Source of the DNA: Lingula anatina
Taxonomy: Eukaryota > Animalia > Brachiopoda
Length of the DNA stretch: 64,000 nucleotides
NCBI GenBank assembly: GCA_051362555.1
Contig: CM120642.1
Location: 9,796,001-9,860,000, forward strand
Direction: 5' to 3'
The stretch's first letter is position 1. Every line of letters begins with the position of its first letter. The position numbers and the translations under genes were made by a program. The notes under the pieces are model-generated. The model had not been told where the DNA came from, made no database searches, and saw only the letters and a list, made by a program, of their open reading frames with translations. Of the stretch, positions 1-13,190 are shown piece after piece.

Positions 1-170
1 GTAAAATATTGAGGCACTAATTGTCCACATAAGTAAAATGAGTCAGGTGGAAAGAAGATAATATCATGGAATTATACAATGATGTGCTCATTGACCATAG
101 TGACATACATACATATTACATAACTGCAGAGTTCATTTATCTGTCAGGTAACTGAAGGAAATAAACTTAC

Positions 171-1359
171 CCAATAACAAGAGCCCTATAGGCAGTGAAG
201 TAAGGGACTCCAACACAAGCTCCTTGGGTGAATTCCAAGTTATCATGGAGTGTAAATGTTGTTTTTTCATCGGCCACTGCATACTCAGCATACCCACCAG
301 AGGTTGTGCAAACTGTGTACACATGGTCTCCTTTCTGTAAGAGGTGGAATATGAACTTTTTCATATTACCAGGAGCCTCTTTCACAAAAGAGATTATTTA
401 CCTAAAGATGAATATATGAATATATGAAAGAATTTGTTTTTTCAGGATGTTTTTTATCACTTATTGAATGAGTTCCATTATACAACATTTAATTTCAATC
501 TGCAAATCAATTCCCTTACTTTAAATTTAGTGACCTCTTCTCCTAATTCCTCCACTATTCCTGACACGTCCAAGCCAGGAGTATAGGGCAATGCTGCCTT
601 TACAGGTTGATTTCCTGTTCGGATATAAGTGTCGACTGGATTTATCCCCGCAGCTGCTACCTTAATCAAAACCTGAAGAAAGCCATAAAGGATGTAATTA
701 GATGAACAGCAAAGGACAAAAAAATTGTAAACACTAGTACATCTAGCTATAATATAACAGAATTTACACCTAAAGTTTCTGAGCCACATCTTGCTGAATT
801 TATCCACCATCAGCAGCCCAATGTCTTCCGCAAATATGTCAGTGGAAAGCATGGAAAAGTTAGGCGAGTTAACACAAAAGTAGACAATTTTGATAACTTT
901 TCACAAATAAAAAAGAGAGATTGAAAGTGGGAGCATGCTTTTACTCTTTTTTTTTTTTTTTTTGGGGGGGGGGTATTTTAAGCAAACCACCTACAAATTG
1001 TTTTATAACAGAATAGAATAAAGAGCACTTCCTCAAATTGCAAAAAAAGTAATCAAAATTGCTTGTAATAAAAAATTTTTGAAGTAAATCTTTTTCTGTG
1101 TACATATATACAGTCCATTGATTGCCTGTGTCATTATGTTTGTACATGTATAAGCTCCATACATACTAATACTAGTTTTATAGTTTTCTAATTAAGTCAG
1201 TGGCCCAACTGACCAACTGACCATTATTCTCACCTGACATTTCCCAGGTTTTGGAATGGGGACATCTTTAGCCAGCACCAACACCTCAGGTCCACCAAAC
1301 TCACTCACTCGAATAGCACGCATCACCTGGGCCATCAAACCACGGGACAGATATGGCAT
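171..1359 (-). CDS. CRYZ: Quinone oxidoreductase / zeta-crystallin (MDR family), first three coding exons (1359-1234, 672-520, 334-171); gene continues off the left edge
   Basis: Spliced translation [22 protein letters not shown] / [44 protein letters not shown] / [33 protein letters not shown] is typical of CRYZ; GT-AG junctions keep frame. Start may be the ATG at 1359, 1335 or 1323. Confidence 0.9.
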
Positions 1360-1607
1360 TCAGGAAATATCATCATTTGAAAGTAAAACCAAAGGAAAAA
1401 ACTCATAGGCTGTAACCTGAACAATGAATGATCTAAACTGGCAACATCTTAAGCTTCAGTAAGAATTTTAAGTTTCTCATTTTTAGAGATCAGTGGAAAT
1501 TCCTCTCTTTTAATTAGTAACAGTAGTACATGTATGAAAATCAGAATACAAATAGAGATATATATTACATAACTATCTGCCTACATATGTGAACCTCGAC
1601 TGAGACA

Positions 1608-1775
1608 CAGGCCCGTAGCCAGGGGGGGTTCGGGGGGTTCGAAAGAACCGCCCTTTTTGTCAGAAAAAGGTCCATTCTGGGTATAATTTGATCTAGGTAC
1701 ACAAAGGTTTCATTATAAAAGGTCCACTTTTTCAGAAAAAGAACCCCCCTTTTGACTTTGCCAGCTACGGGCCTG
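1608..1775. mobile_element. Short MITE (hAT-like CAGG termini)
   Basis: Terminal inverted repeats caggcccgtagc / gctacgggcctg; no clear target-site duplication. Confidence 0.6.
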
Positions 1776-4700
1776 ATACATGTATGTTATAAAGCAGCAA
1801 AGCTGTAAAACGTACAGACATTCAGCAGAAAATAATGTTGATAGTGCACAAAAGAGAAATTGATCATAATGACCTTATAAATCATTTCTGTGAGTTTGAA
1901 AATAACAGACTCATTCTATGATATTTATTGTGTAGTTCTCAAATTTGAAAATAGGTTGATTGTCAATTTTGATGCAATACAACATAATTCTTAGTAGCAC
2001 AATCACCACCAATTTTTGATTTAATCAATAATATGTACTACAAGTTACATGCATGGACATTCAAGAATTATAACTTGCATAAAGTTTCATGAGTGAGGCC
2101 CATAAAAGTTCAGACTGAAATTCCAATATGTGAAAAATGAAAATTTCACAAAAATATGCCTATTAAATGATCAGAATAGGCTGGAAAATGAAATATGTTT
2201 TAGCTCTTAAAACCATTTTCTATTAATTAAATGTTAATAAATTACATATGGTTTTTCTTTTATTATGTTCATGGTGTATTAAAAGTTCACAGCGAAGAAG
2301 ACATGCAGGTGATGGCTTTATGGAGGCATATTTTCTGTGCATATAAAAAGCAGGCATAATTTTTGCAGAGCTACTGTAGATACAATTAAAATTTGTCAAA
2401 ATAACTCCTCCGTTAAATCTTACAGTGTAAAAGAAGCAATTAGGCAAATACTAGTAGGCCTAATGTAATCATGAGTACCGGTCTAGTATCCATTCAGTCA
2501 AAACATGTAATTTTCCGAGCTGTATGTTGATACTCACTGACTCAGTTTTTGGCTTTACAGACACGCTACAACACAGTAACTGTATACCTTGCATATCAGG
2601 CCAAAACCTAGCACGAAAATTCCCGAGTTTGCACTCCTATTGACGGTTCTGCATGATATGTACTGGTGGTTAGCACAGCCAGGACATATCAGAACAGTCA
2701 ACAGAAGTGCTAAAGCATGAATTTTCGAGCTAGCCAAAACCCTGGAAACCTGAGGCAAATATAGGCTACATGTACTGACTGTACTGTCTGGACTATACCA
2801 CGCAGATCTTGGTCTTGCAGGACAGTTGACATGTGGTTTACCATGAAATGATTCATAGGTCATGTGAATTATAGTAATAAAGCTACCCGGTATGACATCA
2901 CCTTTCAACACTCTTACCTTGATAGACATAAAAAAAGTAGGTCAGGCTCCGGTTTCACACACACACAAAAAACACTTATTACGTCAGTTCCCTGCTGAGG
3001 ACGTGTGATGTAACACTGTTCCTGATAGGATAAGATGTGTACATGTGACCATGTTACATTACTAGCAAAGGTGTCAGCCACTGGGATTTTTTCTAAATAC
3101 CCGACGTCGATATATTTACATTCTCGACGGAGGTCATGTTTTTGCTCTGTTTGTCTGTCTGTTTCAAACTTTGTCCATCCGTCTTTCTGTTGACAACCTT
3201 AAGACTATACACCCAAACCCAATATAGAGGTGCATTTCACATGCTGAAGTGTCAAAAAATAATAATGAATGAATTCAAAATTGTATTCAATATTTCAAAA
3301 CATATATGAGTATAGAAGAAAAATCCACGACTGTCTCAAGTGAAATTTTTTATTTTTACCATATCTTTAACATTGCGCAAAGAGCCCTATATGGTAACGT
3401 ATGTTCCAAAAACCGTACGGTAACGTATGTTTTTGCCATTTAATTTTCATTTTTAAGCCGCGTTCCGATATGTTTTTTAGTGGTTCAGTCATGGTAAATT
3501 AGACATGACGTAAGGACGTTTTTATAAATATTTAAACTGTATCTCAAGGGGCTTTGCGTCATGGCTTATTATAGGTAACGTATGTTCCCTAGAAAAATTG
3601 TCAAAATGTTTCATTTTGTTCAAGTACTTGTGTGCAAGAGATACAATGTTTTCTTTTGCTGACCGAACAATATATTGTGGTTCCATGACATGTGATAGTT
3701 TGACATTTCTGATATAATCTTTTATTTGGGCTTGGACCTAAATAGAGAAGGTCTCTATTTAGGTCCAAGATTTGGGTCATGAAGGGAAACATGTTTATTT
3801 AATGCTTATTTTACTGTCGGTAAGGTGTATTTTCCCCATTTTTCAATATTCTGTGACAAGCAAACTTAAGTCGCTCAAAAACAATTAACTTGTCTATACA
3901 GAAGATTATTATAATTTTAGCAACGTTATACTTGTAGGAGATAAATCAATGAACAAAAGCAGTGATGACTGAATTTTCAAAGTGAGTAGAACGTTTCACA
4001 GTTGGACGTTTTGTATTTGTGACAGTAACGTATGTTCCTTTTTGGGGTTAAACGATGAATTATTTTTGATTATTCATGGTTTCAGGAGAGTGAAACTTTT
4101 ATACAAGCTTCTTCATGTGGGACCCTAAAATAATCAAACACAGTTAGCAATCTGTGCAGTAAATATTTTTAATAACATGCTTGTGACATCAATTGCACCT
4201 CTATATTGGGTTTGGGTGTATGTAGCGTTTTGCTGATATTTATAGAAACTATCGTGATTGGAAAAAGTAAAAAAAAAAAAAGAAAAGATTTTTGTCTGTT
4301 ACCCAGGCAGGGCCTACATGTACATGCAGGGATTTTTATGAAATTCCAGGATAGGTCAATTTTTTTCTCAATATCTCAATTTAATTTAGCAGTTTTAAAA
4401 TTGATTCTTATATAGCGTTATCATTGAGCTTTTTTATTAATTGGTTAACAGTAAGTTAATAAATATCTGAAGAAGCGAGTTAACTTTGAATTGTTATGTC
4501 TAAAAATTTATTTTTCAACACGTACCTACTGATAATGAGAAATGAGCTGCCTTGGTGGAGATCTGTGCTGTCTAAGTGCTTTTCTAATTCCCGATCTTGT
4601 GAACGTAGCCTACTTGAGGAGCGGAACATTGAAATATTCGTTATAATGCCAGTCCCTCGTTTATAACTTCTCAAATGGATATTATTTCTTAATTGGTATA

Positions 4701-6308
4701 GATTTCAAAAATATGTCTTTGAATAAATCTTTGCCGACTAAACTCAGAATTTGCTACTTTTCGTCTTGGTATTTACCAGGCGCAAATATTTTAGCATGAT
4801 ACCCCATTCGTCCTTTCAAAAACACAGGAATACAAGCAAAACGAGGCAAATAAATAAAAAATAAATATTAAAAAAAAAACGTGTTTCAACCATCCCAGTG
4901 TCCTACATGGTAAAATTATTCTCGTATGCCTGTTTCTGATCAGGACAATTAAAAACCCCTCACTTATCAACCTCTTACATCGGCTAGCGACCTCTTTCCC
5001 CCTAACTGTGTTAAATGTGTTTCTTAATTGATCTCATTTTTATCTTAAAATCTCTACAAAAATCATATAATATGTCTAGATACGTGTTATTTCATTTTGT
5101 GAAAAATGTTTATTTGTAATTTAATTAACTGGCAACTGGACAGAAAAGAAATTGGACATTGTGACAGAGATGAATTTACTAATTTGTCTTTCTCCTTCCC
5201 CTATTCTCAGATCGTCATTTGTTGAAGTTGTCATTAAGAAGTACATGTAGCAATAAATCTTTATTTTGAGGATAAAAGTATGATTAATCCCGCTTTTTTT
5301 TTATGGCGCTTTCGTCAGAACTGCGCAACGCTCTGTTTCAACAAAACATACAAACAAGCGTTAGGCAAAAATAAAAATGTTTAAAATCTTAGATTTAAAT
5401 ATTTGTTCGTCTCCTGGTACTTAAATAACCCAAAATAAAATTGATTAACCCTTTATTGTTATTATCAATAATAAATTACAATATATGGTGATACATATTT
5501 TTGTTCATATTGTGAATAGGAAGTGACAAAAATCATTTTGTGCGTTTCATTATCGTTGACGTCTAATTGCCGTTAATATAATATGTGTGGTTTTGTATCA
5601 ATACATACAAATATATATATACAGACTGACATCCAAGGGAAAACGTTTTCTTAAAACTATACTTTAGCAAAGCAGCAAAACCGTCAAATGTACAGACACA
5701 AAGAAAAAAAAAAAAATAAAAAAAAAAAAATAAAAAAATATGATATTACATGATATTTAATAAGATAATGATTATGTTCAACTGTTCATATGGAAATGCA
5801 AAAAATGTTACTAGGACATGGTTTTAAGTCCACATGGGTTTGAAGTCACAACTTGAAAATACCAGTGAAAGAAAAATAAGAAATTCACGAAAAACTGCAT
5901 AATTTCAATAAAAAACACTATTGTTTAAATTTGATCTGCATATTATAAATGCTATTAACCACTTCAGCAAGTTTGAGGAAAATGAGGGTCATATTTCTTG
6001 TATTTATTGTGATAACAGTGATAAGTACATGTGTACACGGTGTCGCAATGTGTATACATGTATGCTTTCTTTGAGTGGAATTTTACCACCTTATTGTTAA
6101 CCCAACTTAAGAAATGATATTGGACGAAGCCTGTTTTCAAATCCCCATCCTCCCATTCCTACGCATAAATTCTGCTTAATCTATGTAAGTTATAAGCCTA
6201 CTCTTACAAAATATATAAAAAACGTAAGGATTTACAATCATTTATCCGCTTCTTTAGAAATTACTCTCTGTATTTATTGTCAAAAAGTAAATATTTTGGT
6301 CTGCTTGT

Positions 6309-7565
6309 TTAAACTTGCTGCAGATTTGGATACATTTTCTCCCTCTCGGATGCATCACCTGATGCATCGCCTTCTTGTTTCTTGGTAAGATAACGCTCCC
6401 ACAAAGCCTCCAGGATATCCGTGGCGACCCCTTTGTTTGTGTTCTTGTCAATCATTCCAAGGAGAAAAGCACCATCTTGCGTCAAGTAAGAGTCCACAAA
6501 TTCATCTGCTAGCTGTCGCTGGTGTTCCTCCGGCTGGAGTCTGTCCAAGAGAAGCTGATGCTTGATGGGAACGTGTGCGCGACAGACTGTCACCAAGAAA
6601 GACAGAAAGCTGTAAATGTTGGCAACAAACAGAAATGACAGCCACACGACAAGAATGTTGTATAGATCGTCCATCAGTGGACTTGGTGAAGACCCTGGGC
6701 GTATCGTGGCGAAGCAATGAACTGTATAACGTTGAACGTTACCTATTTGACGGATGGTGAAATCACACAAGTAAAACGGACTTTCGCTTTTATTCAATGT
6801 TGTGCTGTTGGTGTTGTTAGGATTTTCTAAGATCCGTTCCGGTACAGTATTAACCGTCATGTTCTTGAACAGAATGGTTGACGGTCCAACTTCGCGCCCC
6901 AACGCAGAGGACATCACGTTTAACTGGAAAGTGATGTTGTAAATGTACCAGATTTTCAACACGATGAAAACAAGGATAAGATAAAACCCAAATAACTTGT
7001 TGATGTGAAGACACAAATTGTCTAAAGGGGCGCAGGGAAAGTTTTCTCGTTTCTTCTTCAAATTTCCAAAATATTTGTCGAATTGACGCACGAATTTCTC
7101 CACCATTTTCTCATTCGAGTCATGGGTGACGTCATCAACATTGATACCAGTTCGACCAATGGCTGCTTTCCAGAAAAATATAGGGACGATAAAAAGTATA
7201 GCTTGAAACAAAAACCATAGCGGCATGCGATGGTCAGGGCGAGGAGTTTCAGGAATTTTTATTTCAGTTTTGTTAGGCTGTCTCATATCGCCAGGTTCTA
7301 GCCATTCGTATTTCTGTCCAGGTCCGCCAGGTGCACACACTGCTTGTACGTAACTGACGTGTGCTCCTGTAAAATGGGCAGGTGTCCAACACGAAGAAGT
7401 GACAGTAGGTGGCACTGGTACGTACACAAGAATTAAAAGGAAACTTATCGCCGATAAAACTGCCAAAAATATTGGAGTGTAAATGTAGTTAAGGCGAAGA
7501 AAGAAATCCCCACTTCCGCGAGCTAGCGAGCGTCCCAGTTTGCTAATGGCGTCTAAAGATCCCAT
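6309..7565 (-). CDS. Innexin family channel protein, paralogue 1 (418 aa, single coding exon)
   Basis: Four hydrophobic segments; EL1 SCWTPAHFT..YVQAVC; TM2 FQAILFIVPIFFWK; EL2 CDFTIRQIGNVQRYTVHC; C-terminal FVDSYLTQDGAFLLGMIDKN. Splice acceptor tttcag just upstream of ATG 7565. Confidence 0.9.
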   Translation of the reverse strand: MGSLDAISKLGRSLARGSGDFFLRLNYIYTPIFLAVLSAISFLLILVYVPVPPTVTSSCWTPAHFTGAHVSYVQAVCAPGGPGQKYEWLEPGDMRQPNKTEIKIPETPRPDHRMPLWFLFQAILFIVPIFFWKAAIGRTGINVDDVTHDSNEKMVEKFVRQFDKYFGNLKKKRENFPCAPLDNLCLHINKLFGFYLILVFIVLKIWYIYNITFQLNVMSSALGREVGPSTILFKNMTVNTVPERILENPNNTNSTTLNKSESPFYLCDFTIRQIGNVQRYTVHCFATIRPGSSPSPLMDDLYNILVVWLSFLFVANIYSFLSFLVTVCRAHVPIKHQLLLDRLQPEEHQRQLADEFVDSYLTQDGAFLLGMIDKNTNKGVATDILEALWERYLTKKQEGDASGDASEREKMYPNLQQV

Positions 7566-8499
7566 CTTACCTGAAACAGTAACAGAAATTGTAAACGTTA
7601 CACGCATCATGCAAAATTTGTAATCTTGTTAAAATACATGGAACTTTTACGCTTAAGGCAAACATTCTTGACCAAACGATCATTTTGGTTTACCTTTGTG
7701 TTGTAAACTTAAATGGTTACAATGCCATAAATCGAAAATCAGTGAGTAAGTTATCAATTGAAAAAAATACATTCCACGTTCTTAAGTGCTAGTGGCATTG
7801 TCAACCTGTTCATTTTTTATTTTCACAATCGAAAAGTAATTTGTCTGTGGCGTGGATAAACAGCTGCAAACTGAAAATTTAAAATAAGACGTAGTAAGAG
7901 AAGTATTGCATTTGGCTGTTAAATTTCAGTATAGACGAAACTAGAGAAATAGTCCGATTATATAAATAAACAGTATGGAATGTTTGATTGACAAAGCAGA
8001 ATGTAAGAAATCTATGATCACGCAAAAGACAATTGAAAGAAAATAAGAGAGGGAGAGATACAGTTTAAATGGCCTATATTCCGTATATTTACGTGAAAAG
8101 TGAGGGACGGTGAATAAATGTTTTTAAAATACTCCAAATCGTCGTCACAGTAACACTTGCAAAAATTGTGCACTGCAATGAATGGTTTCTAAAGTGAACT
8201 TTTGATAGCGAGTGGAAAGTTTCCAAAAGTTCAGACTGGTAATGTTTTTTACATTATTATTATCTGGCTTGGTTTTAATCTTTTAAAATCTCCTTTCCAG
8301 AAGTAAAATCCTTATGGCAAATAAATAAGCTTTATTCCGGAAACATTCCCCTATATTTATATGATGTGTCAAAGTTTTTGACATGTTTACTGTGATATAT
8401 CTAGGGAACTGTAGCTTTTTCCCGCTTTTATACCTTACTTTAACCGCGAAAATGCCCAACACGTATCTCAAATATCGCAATCTTTATCAATCTTTATCT

Positions 8500-9480
8500 G
8501 TTATTTCACCGTGTTTGACAGCATATGTCCAAAGTTTGGTTTGGCATGGTTCGCTCACTATCTTGCTTATTTCTCCTGAGATTTATGGAGTTGTTCTTAG
8601 AGTCATATATCAAGCTAGACAGAGCGTAAGAAAATGAAGAAAAAACTGAAATTATAAAGAAAAGGACTGATATCTCACACGTTTTATGAAACTTTAAATT
8701 TTAAACGCCTAAACATAATTCAACTTGCATTTTTATAGTTCTGTCTGATATATAACCGCAGTGGCTTGCGGTTGACAAACATGTACTTTTAAAGTCAATA
8801 AACATTCATTGGACATGAAGTCCCGTATTACATTCTGCATGTTCATATCATTTGACCCTATAGACAAAACACATCTCGCACTAAAAGCGTGGTTTTAACG
8901 TACTACGGGGTATTTAATGAAAACGCTAATTTTATGTTTTCTGTTAAGATGCATGTATATGTATACATACGACTTACTGAAAAGAATAAGTATGCATTGT
9001 GGCGTAAACCGCACAAATGCCCGGTATCTCAAGGATAGCAAGCATTATAATGGTAATAACATAGTGTTTGGCATCATATGTCCAATGTTTGACGCCTGAG
9101 AATCGCTCACTATCTTGCTTATTTCTCCCGAGATTTATGAAACTGTTCTTAGAGTCATAAACCAAGCAGACAGCCAACAGGAAGATGCTCCAATGAAGAT
9201 AAAGAAAGCGACAGATATCCCACACGTTTTATGAAACTTTTAAACGCCTAAACATAATTCAACTCGCATTTTTATAGTTGCCTGCCTCAAATATAACGGC
9301 AGTGACTTGCGGTTGCCGAGCGTGTGCTTTTAAAGTCCATAAACATTTACCCGGACTTGAAGTCTCGTACTACATTCTGCACACTCATTTGACCCTATAA
9401 ACAAAATACATAACGCACCAAACGCATGCTCTCGGACACGGGTATTTAATGGATAGGCTCATTTCATGTTGTCTGTAAAC
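8500..9480. repeat. Local diverged duplication (~8500-8950 vs ~9080-9480) upstream of innexin 1
   Basis: Shared blocks tcgctcactatcttgcttatttctc, aaacgcctaaacataattcaact, tttgaccctata, gggtatttaatg in the same order. Confidence 0.7.
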
Positions 9481-10057
9481 ATAGATGTACTAGTATGCAT
9501 ACGGTTAACTTAATAGGGTAATTATGCGTTTTCAGGCACAATCGTTTAGAATTAATGTATAAATGGGTAAATGAAACAAAAAAGAAATAATTAAGAGAAT
9601 GAATAGATAACTAATAGTAAAATTGAGAAATGTATGTTCGAGCCTCAAAATCTACTACAAACTTACATTCATTGCCTTTACTATATACCAGTGCGAAAGG
9701 TCGACGTAAACAGCGCAGCGATTGCTGCCATCGGTATCTGCAGGACCAAGACCCTGGCACAACATAAACTATGATACGTACTACATGTATGGTCCCACGC
9801 CTAGATTAGAACCAGAGGTTGTTTGTTTTTAAAATAATTGACTTTCATACTTACGCAATGACCTGGGATTTTGGCCGTGTATTCTGTTCCTTGTTATCAC
9901 GATCTTCTTAGAACTAACTGTTAACTGGTCGAAATGTATGCAACAAATGTATGCGACTCGGGACTCAGCAGAAGTAATGGCTCCAGCAGCTTGGATCTAA
10001 CTAAAACTTCTCAGGTAGACTGACCCGCTTTAAATGTAGTGCAGTGAGTAATACATC

Positions 10058-11230
10058 TGACCTACATTAAACCGGTGTGCTTTATTTCCACACTGTTTAT
10101 TCTCAAGAATATGTTGAAATACGCGTTGTTCAAGACATGCAGTGCGAAAAGAATACCGTTAAGTTTATGCAATCAAGGCCTTTCCAGGAAAATTTCGCAA
10201 CTCCGACATTCAAAAGTTTAAAAATGTTTCAGGTGTCTGTGCAATACCACTCTTAATTAGGATGGCGTGGGGTAATAGAAGACCGCGACACTCAACATTT
10301 TAGCGTCTTTAACCCGTTATTCCCATCTTCTGCCAGCATTTTGCTGATTGTCGAGCACACGTGCAACTATTAGTAATATTACCTCTGAAAGTGTTAATTT
10401 TCATTGCACTTAAAGGGAGAACAACTCTTCGTATGAGATCTATATTTCACAATGAAAACATTGTAAACAGCTCATAGAAATATAATATATTCTATTTTAC
10501 CACAAAAATGGCAGTTAAAGCAATTATTCTGAAATCTGAGCTTGTCTTTGGACCATGTGACCTCCATAGATGGCTATATTATGTAATAATCTCTTAAGAG
10601 ATTATTACAAAAAAAAAAAAAAAAAAAAAAACTTTCTAGAAAAAAAAACAGGCACTAACTTTGAATGTAGAAATGGATTCATTAACTATTGGTTAGTATG
10701 AAAATTGTTGTTTACCCCAGGAAAATTAATTTTTTGGCCAAAATGAACAGTTGTTATCCCTTTAAATTATAATATGTATTATATATAAAAGAAGCGGAGA
10801 GTTATTCCCAAAATGTATAGGCCCTTAAAATGTATCAAACAATGCTATGCGTTAAACATTGACCTACATTTAACCGGTGTGCTTTATTTCCACACTGTTT
10901 ATTTTCAAAAATAGCCTATGAGTAAATACGCGCTGTTCAAGACTTGCCGTGAAAAAAAGAGTCGAAAGTTTACGCAATACAGGCCTTTCTTTGGGTGGGT
11001 CCCTAAAGACAAAAAATCTTTCCAGGAAAATTTCGCAACTTCGACTTTCACATTCACAAGGTTTAACATGTTTCAGATGATTGAGCAATATCACACTTTC
11101 ACGGATGGCGTGGGTAAAAGTAAGCTGCATTGCGACATATTGCATTTTGGTGTCTTCAACCCGGAATTCCCATATTTTTCCAGTGTTTTGATAATTGGCA
11201 AACACATGTAACTAATATCAATTCTAGAAG
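10058..11230. repeat. Diverged direct duplication (~10058-10400 vs ~10860-11230) flanking a MITE
   Basis: gacctacatt(t)aaccggtgtgctttatttccacactgtttatt, ttccaggaaaatttcgcaact and ggatggcgtgggtaa occur in both copies. Confidence 0.7.
10414..10761. mobile_element. Non-autonomous DNA transposon, TTAA-flanked (Kolobok-like); same family as 29461-29807 and a fragment near 14660-14868
   Basis: ttaa|agggagaacaact ... agttgttatccct|ttaa; internal sequence shared with the other copies. Confidence 0.7.
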
Positions 11231-11542
11231 GGTTATTTTTATTGCATTTATATTAAAATAAGTTTTATATATAAAAGAAACGGGGAAATATATTTCCCAT
11301 ATGTACTGGCCCTTGAAATTCTTCGAAGTGCACTGCTTGCTTGCATTTCATTTGCAACAGTAAAAAAATTAATATACGAGTATGTGATTGGATATTTATA
11401 GAAATAAATTTGAATGCTAATAAAGAATCATTAAGATTTGACATAAAAATTGGATTACAAAACTTGTAAATATAGCCTACAGACAGCAAACAGTACGTAT
11501 TTAGAATACATCTTAGGATACATGTTTCTTTTTATTTATTCA

Positions 11543-11581
<39 letters not shown>

Positions 11582-11658
11582 TTATTTTATTATTTTTTTT
11601 TTTTGACAAAACTAGTTTTAAATGTCAAGACATATAATTATTTTTGTTTCCTTTTTGT

Positions 11659-12903
11659 TTACACCTGTTGTAAATTTGGGTATATTTTAGCACTCTCAGA
11701 TACATCGCCTTCGTGTTTCTTGGTAAGATAACGTTCCCACAAAGCCTCCAGGATATCCGTGGCGACCCCTTTGTTTGTGTTCTTGTCAATCATTCCAAGG
11801 AGAAAAGCACCATCTTGCGTCAAGTAAGAGTCCACAAATTCATCTGCTAGCTGTCGCTGGTGTTCCTCCGGCTGGAGTCTGGCCAAGAGAAGCTGGTGCT
11901 TGATCGGAACGTGTGCGCGACAGACTGTCACCAAGAAGGACAGAAAGCTGTAAATGTTGGCAACAAACAGAAATGATAGCCACACGACAAGAATTTTGTA
12001 CAGATCGTCCATCAACGGACTTGGTGAGGATCCAGCCTGTATCTTTGCATAGCATTGGACTCTGAAGGTGTGAACGTTACCTAATCTACGGGTGTAGAAA
12101 TCACACAAGTAAATCAGACTGTTGGTTGTATCTGTTGTTGTGCGGGTGGTAGTGTTAGCATTTTCTAAGATCCGTTCCGGGACAGTATTCACCGTCATGT
12201 TCTTGAACAGAATGGTTGACGGTCCAACTTCCCGCCCCAACGCAGAGGACATCACATTAAACTGTAAAGTGATGTTGTAAATGTACCAGATTTTCAACAC
12301 GATGAAAACAAGGATGAGATAAAACCCAAAGAACTTGTTGATGTGAAGACACAAATTGTCTAAAGGGGCGCAGGGAAAGTTTGCTCGTTTCCTCTTCAAA
12401 TTGCCAAAATATTGGTCGAATTGACGCACGAATTTCTCCACCATTTTCTCATTCGAGTCATGTGTGACGTCATTTACACTGATACCAGTTCGACCAATGG
12501 CTGCTTTCCAGAAAAAAATCGGGACGATGAAAAGTATAGCTTGAAAGAGAAACCATAGCGGCATGCGATGGTTAAGACGAGGGGTTTCAGGAATTGTTAT
12601 TTCAGTTTTGTTAGGCTGTCTCATATCACCAGGTTCTAGCAATTCGTATTTCTCTCCAGGTCCGTCGGGCGCACACACTGCTTTTGCGTAGTTGACGTGT
12701 GCTTCTGTAAACTCGGCAGGTGTCCAACACGAGGAGGTGACAGTAGGTGGCACTGGTACGTACACGAGGATCAAGAGGAGACTGAGCAGCGATAAAGCTG
12801 CCAGAAATATTGGGGTGTAAATGTAATTAAGACGTAGAAAGAAGTCCCCACTACCACGAGCCAGCGAGCGTCCCAGTTTACTGATAGTGTCGAAGAATCC
12901 CAT
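11659..12903 (-). CDS. Innexin family channel protein, paralogue 2 (414 aa, single coding exon)
   Basis: Close paralogue of 6309-7565; SCWTPAEFT..YAKAVC, CDFYTRRLGNVHTFRVQC; acceptor tttcag just before ATG 12903. Confidence 0.9.
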   Translation of the reverse strand: MGFFDTISKLGRSLARGSGDFFLRLNYIYTPIFLAALSLLSLLLILVYVPVPPTVTSSCWTPAEFTEAHVNYAKAVCAPDGPGEKYELLEPGDMRQPNKTEITIPETPRLNHRMPLWFLFQAILFIVPIFFWKAAIGRTGISVNDVTHDSNEKMVEKFVRQFDQYFGNLKRKRANFPCAPLDNLCLHINKFFGFYLILVFIVLKIWYIYNITLQFNVMSSALGREVGPSTILFKNMTVNTVPERILENANTTTRTTTDTTNSLIYLCDFYTRRLGNVHTFRVQCYAKIQAGSSPSPLMDDLYKILVVWLSFLFVANIYSFLSFLVTVCRAHVPIKHQLLLARLQPEEHQRQLADEFVDSYLTQDGAFLLGMIDKNTNKGVATDILEALWERYLTKKHEGDVSESAKIYPNLQQV

Positions 12904-13190
12904 TTTGCCTGAAACAGATATAGAGACAATGAAACGTGCATCTGCACATGGACAAATTATTTGATAGTACATTTGTGTATGATTTGACAAATCTTTTGAT
13001 CTCCTGATTGCAAAAAAATTAATGTTACGCATAATTTTCTTTCGACATATGTTTCAGTTTGTGTTTCAAACTCAATAAAACGCAGTTATTTGAATTGCTG
13101 TTATTCCGGTGAAAAACGAATCAGCTACTTGAGGACACGACAAAATATCAGTACTAGTGCTAATAATTTTACAAATTAACGGCACACTAA

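Noticed and set aside
3380-4060. Repeated gtaacgtatgtt motif
   Set aside because: Probably subterminal repeats of a decayed DNA transposon, but I could not define ends or a target-site duplication.
7566-13032. N-terminal extensions of the innexin ORFs in the ORF track (7610 and 13032 starts)
   Set aside because: Similarity between paralogues stops at a tttcag acceptor just upstream of the shared Met, so the extensions are intronic.
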